A stretch of 64,000 nucleotides of DNA from Candidatus Woesearchaeota archaeon (GCA_964419275.1 CAYQOY010000001.1:15218-79217), one strand, 5' to 3'. Positions 8,898-17,321 are shown, numbered from the stretch's first letter. Notes: generated by a model not told the origin, from the letters alone. Made by a program: numbers and translations.

Positions 8898-8925
8898 AGT
8901 TCGCATAATGTACGTTGTACGTACT
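8898..8925. other. Putative dif site (Xer recombination site)
   Basis: AGTTCGCATAA-TGTACG-TTGTACGTACT: 11-6-11 layout, arms 8/11 complementary; CGCATAATGTA is shared with E. coli dif; 1.5 kb from xerA. Confidence 0.7.
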
Positions 8926-9019
8926 TTTTTAGTGTTTTTTCAGCTTTTTTCAAGGTTTTTTAGAGTTTTTCGCGGATTTTCTGGGTTTTTGAGATTTTTC
9001 TCAGCTTTTTTGAATTTTT
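8925..9019. other. Phased T-tract array (predicted intrinsically curved DNA)
   Basis: Ten consecutive T4-6 tracts at ~10-bp period. Confidence 0.75.
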
Positions 9020-9045
9020 GTGAGTCTTAATACAGCTTGCTTTCA

Positions 9046-9137
9046 AAAAATTATAAAAAACTATGTTTCTGACTGCGAAATTTTTTATCAATTTTCTCGC
9101 GCTTCCGGCAGGTTGTGCACTTAGGTTAGCTTAGTGA
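9046..9137 (+). repeat. Direct repeat R2 (~92 bp)
   Basis: Aligns with 10313-10404; 9102-9137 is identical to 10369-10404 (36 bp). Confidence 0.92.
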
Positions 9138-9222
9138 ATAAACAGATTTTATTTGATTTTATTTTGTATCCTCTCAGATGTTCTCATATATTTTTTTAAA
9201 TGAATTTTTCTATTTTTTCTGG

Positions 9223-10314
9223 ATGATTATTAATTTAAAGAGCGAGACAGATCTTTCTGGATTTTACGTTGTTTATGAAGGAGCTGCAAATTTCGAGAAA
9301 AAAGGACAGAGGGGGATTTCTCATTTGCTAGAACACCTTATGGCTAATGACCTCTTCTCCGTTGAGGAAGAGATAATCAAAGATGGAATTGACCTTAATG
9401 CAGAAACATCCCAAAACGACATGGTCTTTTTTATTACCGGATTAGAAAAAAACCTTGCTAAGTGGAGGGAACCTCTTCTTTCTTCTTTAAACAGATTAAA
9501 TTTCCCAGAAGAAAATTTTGAAAAAGAAAAAAATGTTGTTTTAGTGGAATATTTACAAGGTGTTTCAGATTTAGAGTCTAATCATCTTTTGAATCTCTGG
9601 AGAAATACATTAAATGTTTATGGTCCTTGGGGGTTAAAGGCTGACTTAGAAGGTTTAACCTGGACAGATTGTCAAGAACATTATAACTCTAGGTTTACCA
9701 AACCTTCAAAAATTATTAATGTTTCAAAAAATTTTAATTATAAAGACGATTCCATTCAATTTGAAACGCGAAAGTCGGAAAAAAGAATTAAACTGGGGGA
9801 TTATTCCGCTCCTTTAGAAGTGCTTGAATTCTCTCCAGAAATGACTTCAATTATCTGTATGTCTCCTATTATTGAAGAAGACTTTGCTTACGTTGATTTT
9901 ATCACCGATTTGATTTCAAGTGACTTAAATTCCCCTCTTTTTAAGAAGATTCGAGATAGGGGGCTTGCTTATGACTTGACTATGTCGGAAGAAAGGATTA
10001 ACAGGCAGGGGATTATTCTTTTAGGAACTTCTGTTTTAACTGAAAAAATAGAAGAAACCCTTGAAACAGTTGAAGAAGTTCTAAAAAACCCGAAAGAGTA
10101 CCTCTCTGAACGCCGAATTGATTTGATTAAATCTTCCTTAAAGGCTAGACAAGAAAAAGAAGAAATTTTAAGATTTGCGAACATTGATGAGTATATTCAT
10201 CCCGCTGAATGGAACGTTTACAACATATTAAATAAGATAGATTTAGCTAAAATCCAGGAAGTTTACAACAAGTATTTTAATTTTGACAATTGGTATATTT
10301 CTTGTTGCCCTTAA
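9223..10314 (+). CDS. M16 (insulinase-family) zinc peptidase
   Basis: GISHLLEH (HxxEH), NAET, EKEKNVVLVE, IRDRGLAY; start moved to ATG 9223, 23 nt after a TATA-like box. Confidence 0.88.
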   Translation: MIINLKSETDLSGFYVVYEGAANFEKKGQRGISHLLEHLMANDLFSVEEEIIKDGIDLNAETSQNDMVFFITGLEKNLAKWREPLLSSLNRLNFPEENFEKEKNVVLVEYLQGVSDLESNHLLNLWRNTLNVYGPWGLKADLEGLTWTDCQEHYNSRFTKPSKIINVSKNFNYKDDSIQFETRKSEKRIKLGDYSAPLEVLEFSPEMTSIICMSPIIEEDFAYVDFITDLISSDLNSPLFKKIRDRGLAYDLTMSEERINRQGIILLGTSVLTEKIEETLETVEEVLKNPKEYLSERRIDLIKSSLKARQEKEEILRFANIDEYIHPAEWNVYNILNKIDLAKIQEVYNKYFNFDNWYISCCP

Positions 10315-10404
10315 AAATTATAAAAAACCCTATTTTTGACACGAGATTTTTTTATCAATTCTCTAGAACTTCCGGCAGGTTGTGCACTTAGGTTAGCTTA
10401 GTGA
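10313..10404 (+). repeat. Direct repeat R3 (~92 bp)
   Basis: Second copy of R2, beginning at the M16 stop codon. Confidence 0.92.
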
Positions 10405-10417
10405 TAATGAAAAAAGG

Positions 10418-10739
10418 CTGTTTGTCGCTGTTTTTTTGCTTTTAATTTTTTCTGAAAATTAAATTTTGTGGGTTAATAGAGAAGGTAATTTTATCGACGG
10501 AGAACTGACTGTTTAAGGGTGTTTAAACACCTGTTTAGAATTGCTTTTGGGTGTTTGTCGCTGTTTATCGCTGTTTAAACAGGCTGTTTGCCTTCTTTTT
10601 TTGACATAAACAGCTGTTTAAGTCTGTTTGTTAAGTGTTTATAGCTGTTTGAACTTATTTTTTCTGTAAATTTTATGAAAAATATTATGCTGTTTACGTC
10701 GATATTCTCCGACGGGTGCAAAACATTTTTAAACTGTTT
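10418..10739 (+). repeat. Iteron-like array of (C/G)TGTTT
   Basis: Copies at 10418, 10428, 10509, 10519, 10531, 10551, 10561, 10571, 10584, 10614, 10624, 10635, 10645, 10690, 10734, in one orientation and often 10-11 bp apart. Confidence 0.8.
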
Positions 10740-10754
10740 ATTATAATAACTATT

Positions 10755-11372
10755 ATGTTTTGGTTTTTTAATAGAAAAAAAGAGGCAGAAGATATCAAAA
10801 AAGATGTTAAAGCGGGCTTTGAATCTGTAAAAAAAGACATTACATCTATTAGTGGATGGATAAATTACCTTGATTCTGAAAAAAATATTACCAAAAAAGA
10901 TGTTTTAGAGATAAAAGAGGATTTGTCTTCGATAAAAAAGGAACTTGAAGGATTAAAAAACGTTGTTTCTTTTATGGGCGAAGTTAAAACAAACAGGGTG
11001 TTTAAAACACCCGGGCGGGTGTTTGATAAACAAACAGCTGTTTTGCCTGTTCAAACAGCTGTTCAAACAGCTGTTCAAACACCAAATTTAGACAGATTTT
11101 CAACAACTGAAAGAGCAATCGTGTGGGTATTGCTAAATTCAGAGCTAAGGCTAAGTTATGATGACTTAGCTGCTGTCCTGGGAAAAGAGAGATCGACAAT
11201 TAGAGGTCAAATAAATTCGATAAAGCAAAAAAGTGACATAATTGAAGAAGTAGTTGAGTCAAATGGCAAAAAGAGAGTGTTTATACCTGAAGAAATCAAG
11301 GAAAAACTGCTCAAAAAGGCAAAAGTGAGAGTTAGCAGTACTAAAAAAGATAAAAAAAATGAAAAAAGTTGA
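10755..11372 (+). CDS. Coiled-coil + QTAV-repeat linker + C-terminal winged-helix DNA-binding protein
   Basis: C-terminal TERAIVWVLL...LSYDDLAAVLGKERSTIRGQINSIK HTH with wing; start at ATG 10755 (MFWFFNRKK), 22 nt after a TATA-like box. Confidence 0.8.
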   Translation: MFWFFNRKKEAEDIKKDVKAGFESVKKDITSISGWINYLDSEKNITKKDVLEIKEDLSSIKKELEGLKNVVSFMGEVKTNRVFKTPGRVFDKQTAVLPVQTAVQTAVQTPNLDRFSTTERAIVWVLLNSELRLSYDDLAAVLGKERSTIRGQINSIKQKSDIIEEVVESNGKKRVFIPEEIKEKLLKKAKVRVSSTKKDKKNEKS

Positions 11373-11565
11373 GAAAAAATGAATCTGAAAAAGAAAAAAG
11401 TGAGTAATGGAGGGATTATTTCAAAAAACAGTAAAAGTGAGCATAAGGGTTAATTAAAAATCAACAAAAAATATGTAAAAAATGAGGGTTTTGTAGTGGG
11501 TAAAAATCCTTTAGATTCAACGAGAAAACGCCAATAAAGATCGAAAAAAGTCATAGAAATAGTTT

Positions 11566-11579
11566 ATCGGTTAACCGAT
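11566..11579. repeat. Perfect 14-bp palindrome ATCGGTTAACCGAT
   Basis: Near the centre of the 383-bp gap between the two convergent wHTH genes. Confidence 0.75.
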
Positions 11580-11755
11580 TAGATTATTTGAGGGCCTAAT
11601 TTCTCTTAGTTTATCGACGAGAAAATTTAAAAAAGAGTGAAAAGAAAATTTCAAAAGAATAAAAAGTTAGACTTTTCTTTGAATTTTTTGAAGGATTTCA
11701 TTTTATTTTTACGACGAGAAAGGGTCTGCTGAGAACAATTAAAAAAGGCTCAAAA

Positions 11756-12592
11756 TCAAAGATCTCTTAGTTGAATTATTGCGTTAAGTGAAGCAATTTT
11801 CTTTAAATTTTCGGAAATAGAAATTTTAATTTGTTTATTATTTACTTTTTCTTTTTGAATAGGGACACCTTTTTTTATCAATTTACCGACGTAATCTCTT
11901 ACAGAACTTTCACTAAGATTCAATTTCTGAGATAAACTTCGGTAATCTGAAAATCCTTGCTCTTCATCATACTGGTAAATTGCAGAAAAAACCAAAAACT
12001 CTTGCTCGGTAAGTTCTTTGAACTTTAACCTAACTTCTTTTTTTAGACTATCTAAGGAATTTAAAATTTCTAAAGCATTGTTAAGAGACTTGCTTTCTTT
12101 GTTGAATCCCCTTGTTTCAGAGATAAACCCTTCTTTTTGTGTCTGTTGGTTTGTCTGTTGGTTTGTCTGTTTGTCTGTTGGAACCCCTCCATTTCCAGTG
12201 GAAAAGCTCATATTTTGAGCCTTAGAAGGCTTAAAAGGGTAATTATCTGTTGGATTATCTGTTGGACTTGTTGGGTTAACCTGTCTGTTTGTCTGTTTTT
12301 CTAAGTTATCTGTCGGACTATCTTTTGAATGCTCTGAATACTTTTCAGAACAATTTTCGTCTAATCTTTCAGGAGAATACTGAAATTTAGAGTTGTATTC
12401 TGCACTATTTAAGTTAAAACCTTCTTTGGAAGAATAATCTGATTTCTTAAGGTAACTCTCTTCTTGATTAAGAAGAATCTCATCAAGTAAATCTCTTAAC
12501 TGATTTAATTGAAATTTAATCAAATCCATCTCGTTTCTCAAAGAAGCGATATCTGTTTTAACCTTGTCAAATGCCTCTTTGATTGGTTCCAT
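11756..12592 (-). CDS. Coiled-coil + QTN/PTD-repeat linker + C-terminal winged-helix protein
   Basis: LTEQEFLVFSAIY...YRSLSQKLNLSESSVRDYVGKLIKKG HTH; N-terminal heptads. Confidence 0.82.
   Translation of the reverse strand: MEPIKEAFDKVKTDIASLRNEMDLIKFQLNQLRDLLDEILLNQEESYLKKSDYSSKEGFNLNSAEYNSKFQYSPERLDENCSEKYSEHSKDSPTDNLEKQTNRQVNPTSPTDNPTDNYPFKPSKAQNMSFSTGNGGVPTDKQTNQQTNQQTQKEGFISETRGFNKESKSLNNALEILNSLDSLKKEVRLKFKELTEQEFLVFSAIYQYDEEQGFSDYRSLSQKLNLSESSVRDYVGKLIKKGVPIQKEKVNNKQIKISISENLKKIASLNAIIQLRDL
12183..12205 (-). promoter_or_regulatory. ORB (origin recognition box) inside a CDS
   Basis: Minus strand TTTTCCACTGGAAATGGAGGGGT; 20/22 identical to the ORB at 15763-15784. Confidence 0.7.
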
Positions 12593-12623
12593 TTAATTGG
12601 TTGAAACAAGGAGTATAAAAAGA

Positions 12624-13403
12624 TTAATGTTGTTTATTAATCAGAATTCGAATTATCCTTTTGGTTTCTTCAGGGTCTTTTACTTGTATGCAGTCAACTC
12701 CTGTGGAAATCACAGGGTAATCATTTCCCCCAGGAAATAAGGCATCGCCTAGGAATAACATCTCTTCTTTTTTAAAGTTTAACTGCTCTTGAATCTTTGC
12801 AATCCCATACGCCTTGTCTATGCCTTTTTTAGTTACATCTAAAGACGTTGACCCTCCGATTCTAACAGAAAAGTCAGGTAATTTTTCTTGGAGTTTTTCT
12901 TGGAGTTTTTTTCTTTTTTCTGTGGTAGGGTCAAAAGACTCTTTTAATTCGCGAGGAGCTAGCTGACCTAGTGCAGAAAATGTGATCTGGCTTTCTCGAT
13001 CTTCAATTACTTCTCCATAAACTTTTTGAGGATGGATATACCCTGTTTCTTTGAAAACTTGGTGAAACGCAGAAAAAATCTTTTCTTTTTCTTCCTGTTG
13101 CAAAACATTTTCATAAACCTTTTGCCAATTTCCTTGATTGTGCTTATAAAAGCTTGTTGAACAGGTGGGAAAGATAAACAACCTCGAAAAGTCTGTTTCT
13201 TGACTCTGGTTTTTCAAGATTCCTAAAAATTGCTTCTCAAACTGAGGAAAACCCCCTCCAGAAATGACTGCGACACTCCTATTTTTCAAAAGCTCACTTA
13301 ATAGCCTTGCCATCTCTTTATCCATTTCAGACTTGCTTAAAGCTAGAGTCCCGTCTAAATCAAAAATAATCAACTTTTTGGAAGTTAATTCAAGATTATA
13401 CAT
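12624..13403 (-). CDS. HAD-IIB hydrolase (phosphomannomutase-like)
   Basis: FDLDGTL, ISGG, IEDR.SQITFSALG, GG.TSLDVT..GIDKAY, GD...GGND. Confidence 0.9.
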   Translation of the reverse strand: MYNLELTSKKLIIFDLDGTLALSKSEMDKEMARLLSELLKNRSVAVISGGGFPQFEKQFLGILKNQSQETDFSRLFIFPTCSTSFYKHNQGNWQKVYENVLQQEEKEKIFSAFHQVFKETGYIHPQKVYGEVIEDRESQITFSALGQLAPRELKESFDPTTEKRKKLQEKLQEKLPDFSVRIGGSTSLDVTKKGIDKAYGIAKIQEQLNFKKEEMLFLGDALFPGGNDYPVISTGVDCIQVKDPEETKRIIRILINKQH

Positions 13404-13414
13404 TTTGGTTTTTA

Positions 13415-13681
13415 TTATTGAATCTTTTTATATGCTTCGTAAGACTTACTGGAAAGTTTCCATCTAGCTCTTTTTTTATAACTAACTCCCTGAGGGTTTT
13501 TTTTGATTTGATCAACTAATCCTTTTTTAGATAAATCTATTAAAAGCCTTTTCACAAATTCCTCATCTCTAGCGATTTCTTTGGAAATTTGAGAGATGAA
13601 TAAGGGGCGAGGGTTATTCTCAAATAAAAGTGCCAGGATTTGTTCAGAAATTTTGGTTTTCTTTTCTTCAGAGATTCGCAT
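13415..13681 (-). CDS. Small winged-helix protein
   Basis: ILALLFE..P.PL.ISQISKEIARDEEFVKRLL.DL..KGLV pattern. Confidence 0.75.
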   Translation of the reverse strand: MRISEEKKTKISEQILALLFENNPRPLFISQISKEIARDEEFVKRLLIDLSKKGLVDQIKKNPQGVSYKKRARWKLSSKSYEAYKKIQ

Positions 13682-13765
13682 AGGGCTTTAATACCGAATA
13701 ACTTTTTAAACGTATGTTTGATATTAAGAAACTCTTTAAACCAATTTCATCTAAGATTAAATGGA

Positions 13766-14812
13766 ATGAATCTTGAATTTAACTCTGGAAAAAAAGAAGA
13801 CGCTCAAAAATTTATAAGAAAACTGAAAAAAGAAGATAATCTTGCAATAATCAGCCACAACGATTTAGATGGGCTTGCTTCAGCTAAAATTTTAGAAAGA
13901 GTTAGTTCTCCTAGGTTAATTGAATTAGTTTCTTATGATAAAATCTCCGGGTTAGTGCCTTCTCTTAAAAAAAATAAAATAAACAAGATTATTTTTTCAG
14001 ATTTGTCTTTAGATTTTCCTGGAAGCCTTTCTAGCTTTGAATCTCTTGCAGAAATATTAGTTATAGACCATCATCAATTCAAAAACGACCTTAACTCAAA
14101 TAAAACTACTTTCTTGAATGCCCAGGGATATTGTGCTTCGTATATTTGTTATTCTCTTTTCTCAGAAAATGCAAATTTAAAGAACTTAGAATGGCTTGTC
14201 GCTCTTGCTTCTTTATCAGACTGGCTTTATTCAAAGAATGTTGATTGGATTAAACAAGTTTATGAAAGCCAGGGAGAAACATTTGAATTAAATGAAATTC
14301 AAAAAGGAAAGTTTTGGGAAAGTGTTTTAACAGTTTCGGACGGATTAATTTACTTCAAAGATAACCCGACAAAAGCTTACGAATTAATTAATTCCGAAAA
14401 ATTTGATTTAAAAGAAATAACCCCTTATGTTCAGAAAGTCAGGCAAGATTTGGATTTTAATTTAGATAGATTTGAAAAAGAAAAAGAGCCTATTCCCGGA
14501 GGATTTTTTTATGAAATGAAATCTGAATATGATCTGAATTCTAGATTCGCTTCTTTGATTAGTGGAAAAACACCTAATGAGACTTATGTTATTTCTACTA
14601 AGAATCATACCCTTTACAGAATCTCTGCAAGAAGAAGCGACGGAAAAAGGGACATGTCCGAGTTAGTTAAGTATCTCACTGAAGATTTAACTTTGATCAA
14701 TGCCGGAGGGCATGTTGCAGCAGCAGGATGTAATGTTCTTGAAACAGAGTATATTTCTTTTAAAGAAAAATTGAAACAGATTCCCGAAGAGATGTTTGTT
14801 TTGAAAAAATAA
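13766..14812 (+). CDS. DHH/DHHA1 phosphoesterase (RecJ/NrnA-like)
   Basis: HNDLDG, DL, IDHH, SAR, GGH..AAG; start set at ATG 13766. Confidence 0.9.
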   Translation: MNLEFNSGKKEDAQKFIRKLKKEDNLAIISHNDLDGLASAKILERVSSPRLIELVSYDKISGLVPSLKKNKINKIIFSDLSLDFPGSLSSFESLAEILVIDHHQFKNDLNSNKTTFLNAQGYCASYICYSLFSENANLKNLEWLVALASLSDWLYSKNVDWIKQVYESQGETFELNEIQKGKFWESVLTVSDGLIYFKDNPTKAYELINSEKFDLKEITPYVQKVRQDLDFNLDRFEKEKEPIPGGFFYEMKSEYDLNSRFASLISGKTPNETYVISTKNHTLYRISARRSDGKRDMSELVKYLTEDLTLINAGGHVAAAGCNVLETEYISFKEKLKQIPEEMFVLKK

Positions 14813-14852
14813 AGCTGTTTTTAATGAGATCTGGAGAAAAAAATAAGAATCT

Positions 14853-15272
14853 TTATTTTTTTGCCTTGTTTTCTTTTCGAATCATTGGCAAGGGAACATG
14901 TAAGGGGAGATTTATTTCCTCTTCTAACTGCATTGCCTTAAGATTTGCTTTTCTTAAAACTGCGTTGAAAACAAAGATCTTGAAATCTTCTTCTACCTTT
15001 TTATCTTTCCACTGTTTTAATACTTCTTTGGACTGTCGTGGATCTAAAGAGATTAACAAATCTCCTTTAAATTCAATTTTAGCATAATTTGGAGAATAAT
15101 TGATTGCGTAAGAGAATTTAACCCCTAAAAATTCGTCTCTAGTTTTAAACAAATCTGCTTTTACTGTAGAAATTTCAGAAATATCAATTTTAGTCTCTAT
15201 TTTAACATTCTCTGCTTTATCTGCAAGCTTTTCTACGCTTATTTTTTTGAAGTTTAAACCGACTAATTTCAT
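14853..15272 (-). CDS. Conserved archaeal hypothetical protein (possible SecB-like fold)
   Basis: Beta-rich N-terminus, C-terminal helix and LPLHVPLP tail; fold is an inference. Confidence 0.6.
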   Translation of the reverse strand: MKLVGLNFKKISVEKLADKAENVKIETKIDISEISTVKADLFKTRDEFLGVKFSYAINYSPNYAKIEFKGDLLISLDPRQSKEVLKQWKDKKVEEDFKIFVFNAVLRKANLKAMQLEEEINLPLHVPLPMIRKENKAKK

Positions 15273-15318
15273 TTTATTTTAGTTAATTCTTTTTAATTTG
15301 GTTAGAATCTCTGAAGCT

Positions 15319-15579
15319 TTAAACTAAATCTTCTTCAGAAACGATCACAAAGTCCCCTATTGCAATAATAGAGTTATAAGGGATAAGTATGTCATTTGTG
15401 TGGGTTCTTTCAAGGTTAAGATTCTTGACATAAGCAGTGGAGTCTTTAACTACAAGGTTAATTAACTCTCCAGACTTAGTTTCAAAAGTAATATCCTTTA
15501 CAGCACCTAGTCTTTTTCCCTCTTTTGTGACAATCATCTTGCCCAAAATCGAATTAAATGGGTTTTTTTCTTGTTGCAT
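15319..15579 (-). CDS. PRC-barrel protein (CdpB-like)
   Basis: LGK.IVT..GKRLG.VKDI.F...SG.L..L.V...IPY..I.AIGDFVIV; start set at ATG 15579. Confidence 0.88.
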   Translation of the reverse strand: MQQEKNPFNSILGKMIVTKEGKRLGAVKDITFETKSGELINLVVKDSTAYVKNLNLERTHTNDILIPYNSIIAIGDFVIVSEEDLV

Positions 15580-15755
15580 GATTGATTGAAAGGGAATTGA
15601 TATATAAATTTTTCTATAACTCAAGATAACGATTGTTTTAATGCTCTCGAAGAAGGTGAGCTAGATTTAATGATTTAGTTCTTCTTTTAGAAACAATTTA
15701 AAAAAAGAAGAAAAAAGGAGATTAATAACGGAGATTTAATTGTAATTAACCTAAA

Positions 15756-16011
15756 CCCCCTCACCCCTCAATTTCCAGTAGAAACATTTAAAAAAGAAAA
15801 ATTGATTTTTATTTTTTATTTTTTATTTATAAAATTATATATTATATATTATATATATTATAATAGTATAATAATATAAAGTTAATCGGTTTTCCATAAG
15901 AAATCTTGGTGTCTTTCTTATTCAGTAGTTATAATCCTTTATATAATATTTTAAGTTTTTTCGTTGGAAAAATTTATAATGAAGATGTTCCACTGGAAAT
16001 GAACGTGTGGG
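15756..16011. other. Replication origin oriC: inverted ORBs (15756-15785 minus, 15987-16011 plus) around an AT-rich unwinding element
   Basis: GTTTCTACTGGAAATTGAGGGG (minus) and GTTCCACTGGAAATGAACGTGTGGG (plus) match the archaeal ORB consensus; almost pure A/T at ~15790-15880; directly upstream of cdc6. Confidence 0.85.
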
Positions 16012-16046
16012 AGATATTATAAAAGTAAAATAAATAAAAAAATAAA

Positions 16047-17276
16047 ATGGGAGTAATTTTAGACGAAATTTTTGAATCTTTTGATAAAAATAAAATCTTC
16101 AAAAATAAAGAAGTTTTACAATCTAATTACAAACCTGAAGATATTCTTCATAGAGATGAGCATATCAAACAAATTGCTTCTATTCTTGCACCGGTGTTAA
16201 GAGGAGAAAAATGCAGTAACCTTTTCCTTTATGGAAAAACCGGAACAGGAAAGACCCTTTCAATTCAATATGTTCGAGACGAGATGCTTAAACGTGTTAA
16301 AAAAGAAGCAGAATTTATTCTCAAGATAGAATATCTTAATTGTAAATTAAAAAAGATCTCAGATACAGATTATAGAATTTTAGCAGAGTTAATTAAAAAA
16401 TTAGGGGGGCAAGTTCCCGACACAGGGCTTCCAACAGAAAGAGTTTATAATAAGTTCATCAATTTAATCGATTCGGAAAAGCAAGTCATTGTTCTTATTT
16501 TAGACGAAATCGATCAGGTTGTTAAAAAGATTTCTAGCGATTTTCTGTATAACTTAACGCGTCTTAATAACGAACTTTCTAAATCTAAACTATGTATTGT
16601 GGGAATAAGTAACGATCTAACTTTCTTAGATGAAATAGACCCCAGAGTTAGGAGTTCTCTTTCTGAAGAAGAGATTGTTTTTTTACCCTATAATGCAATT
16701 CAGCTTCAAGAAATTTTAAGAAAAAGGGCTTCAGAGGCATTCAAGGAGAATGTTCTTCAAGAAGGAGTTATTGAAAAGTGTGCTGCTTTTTCTGCTAAAG
16801 GTTATGGGGATGCTCGAAGAGCATTAGATTTGTTAAGAGTTGCAGGAGAACTTGCAGAGAGAGATAATTCTGAAAAAATAACTTTTAAGCATATAGATGA
16901 AGCAAATAAAAAATTAGAAAGTGACAAAGTTTTAGAAATAATTGAGTCTGAGCCGAAGCCTTTCCATTACGTTCTTAATTCAATAATTCAATTAACCGAG
17001 CAAAGAGTAAAAGAGGGGAAATCTTCTCATGAACCCATTTTTACCGGAGACGTTTATAATAACTATGCAGATTTTTGCAATAGAAATAAAATAGAAGTTC
17101 TAACACAAAGGAGAGTCTCAGATATAATTCAAGAATTTGATATGTTTGGAATAATCAATGTAAGGGTTGTTTCAAAAGGGAGAGGAGGAAGAATGAGAGA
17201 AATTAATTTAGTATTGCCTCAAGAAGTTATCTCTAAGGTAAAAGAGATTATTAGAAATTCAGTAGATTTTAGATGA
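16047..17276 (+). CDS. cdc6: Orc1/Cdc6 replication initiator
   Basis: GKTGTGKT Walker A, LDEID Walker B, GDARRALDLLR, C-terminal wH with GRGGR. Confidence 0.97.
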   Translation: MGVILDEIFESFDKNKIFKNKEVLQSNYKPEDILHRDEHIKQIASILAPVLRGEKCSNLFLYGKTGTGKTLSIQYVRDEMLKRVKKEAEFILKIEYLNCKLKKISDTDYRILAELIKKLGGQVPDTGLPTERVYNKFINLIDSEKQVIVLILDEIDQVVKKISSDFLYNLTRLNNELSKSKLCIVGISNDLTFLDEIDPRVRSSLSEEEIVFLPYNAIQLQEILRKRASEAFKENVLQEGVIEKCAAFSAKGYGDARRALDLLRVAGELAERDNSEKITFKHIDEANKKLESDKVLEIIESEPKPFHYVLNSIIQLTEQRVKEGKSSHEPIFTGDVYNNYADFCNRNKIEVLTQRRVSDIIQEFDMFGIINVRVVSKGRGGRMREINLVLPQEVISKVKEIIRNSVDFR

Positions 17277-17321
17277 ATTTTTCAAAACAGTAATAATCTT
17301 GGCAGGCTGCCGAAAATAAAA

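Noticed and set aside
4494..10314. Provirus or integrative element at tRNA-Leu
   Set aside because: No duplicated tRNA 3' end found, no viral or conjugation genes, and ribosomal genes lie between the tRNA and the recombinase
9102..10404. 36-bp identical repeats as a CRISPR array
   Set aside because: Only two full copies, 1.27 kb apart with a whole gene between them; no spacer periodicity; no cas genes in the window
6492..10407. Classical integron (IntI with attC cassettes)
   Set aside because: The 283-aa recombinase shows no obvious IntI-specific insertion and the repeats lack clear RYYYAAC/GTTRRRY ends; kept only as a cassette-like inference
11405..11420. AATGGAGGGATT as a fourth ORB
   Set aside because: Resembles only the G-rich tail; the TTCCAnTGGAAA core is missing
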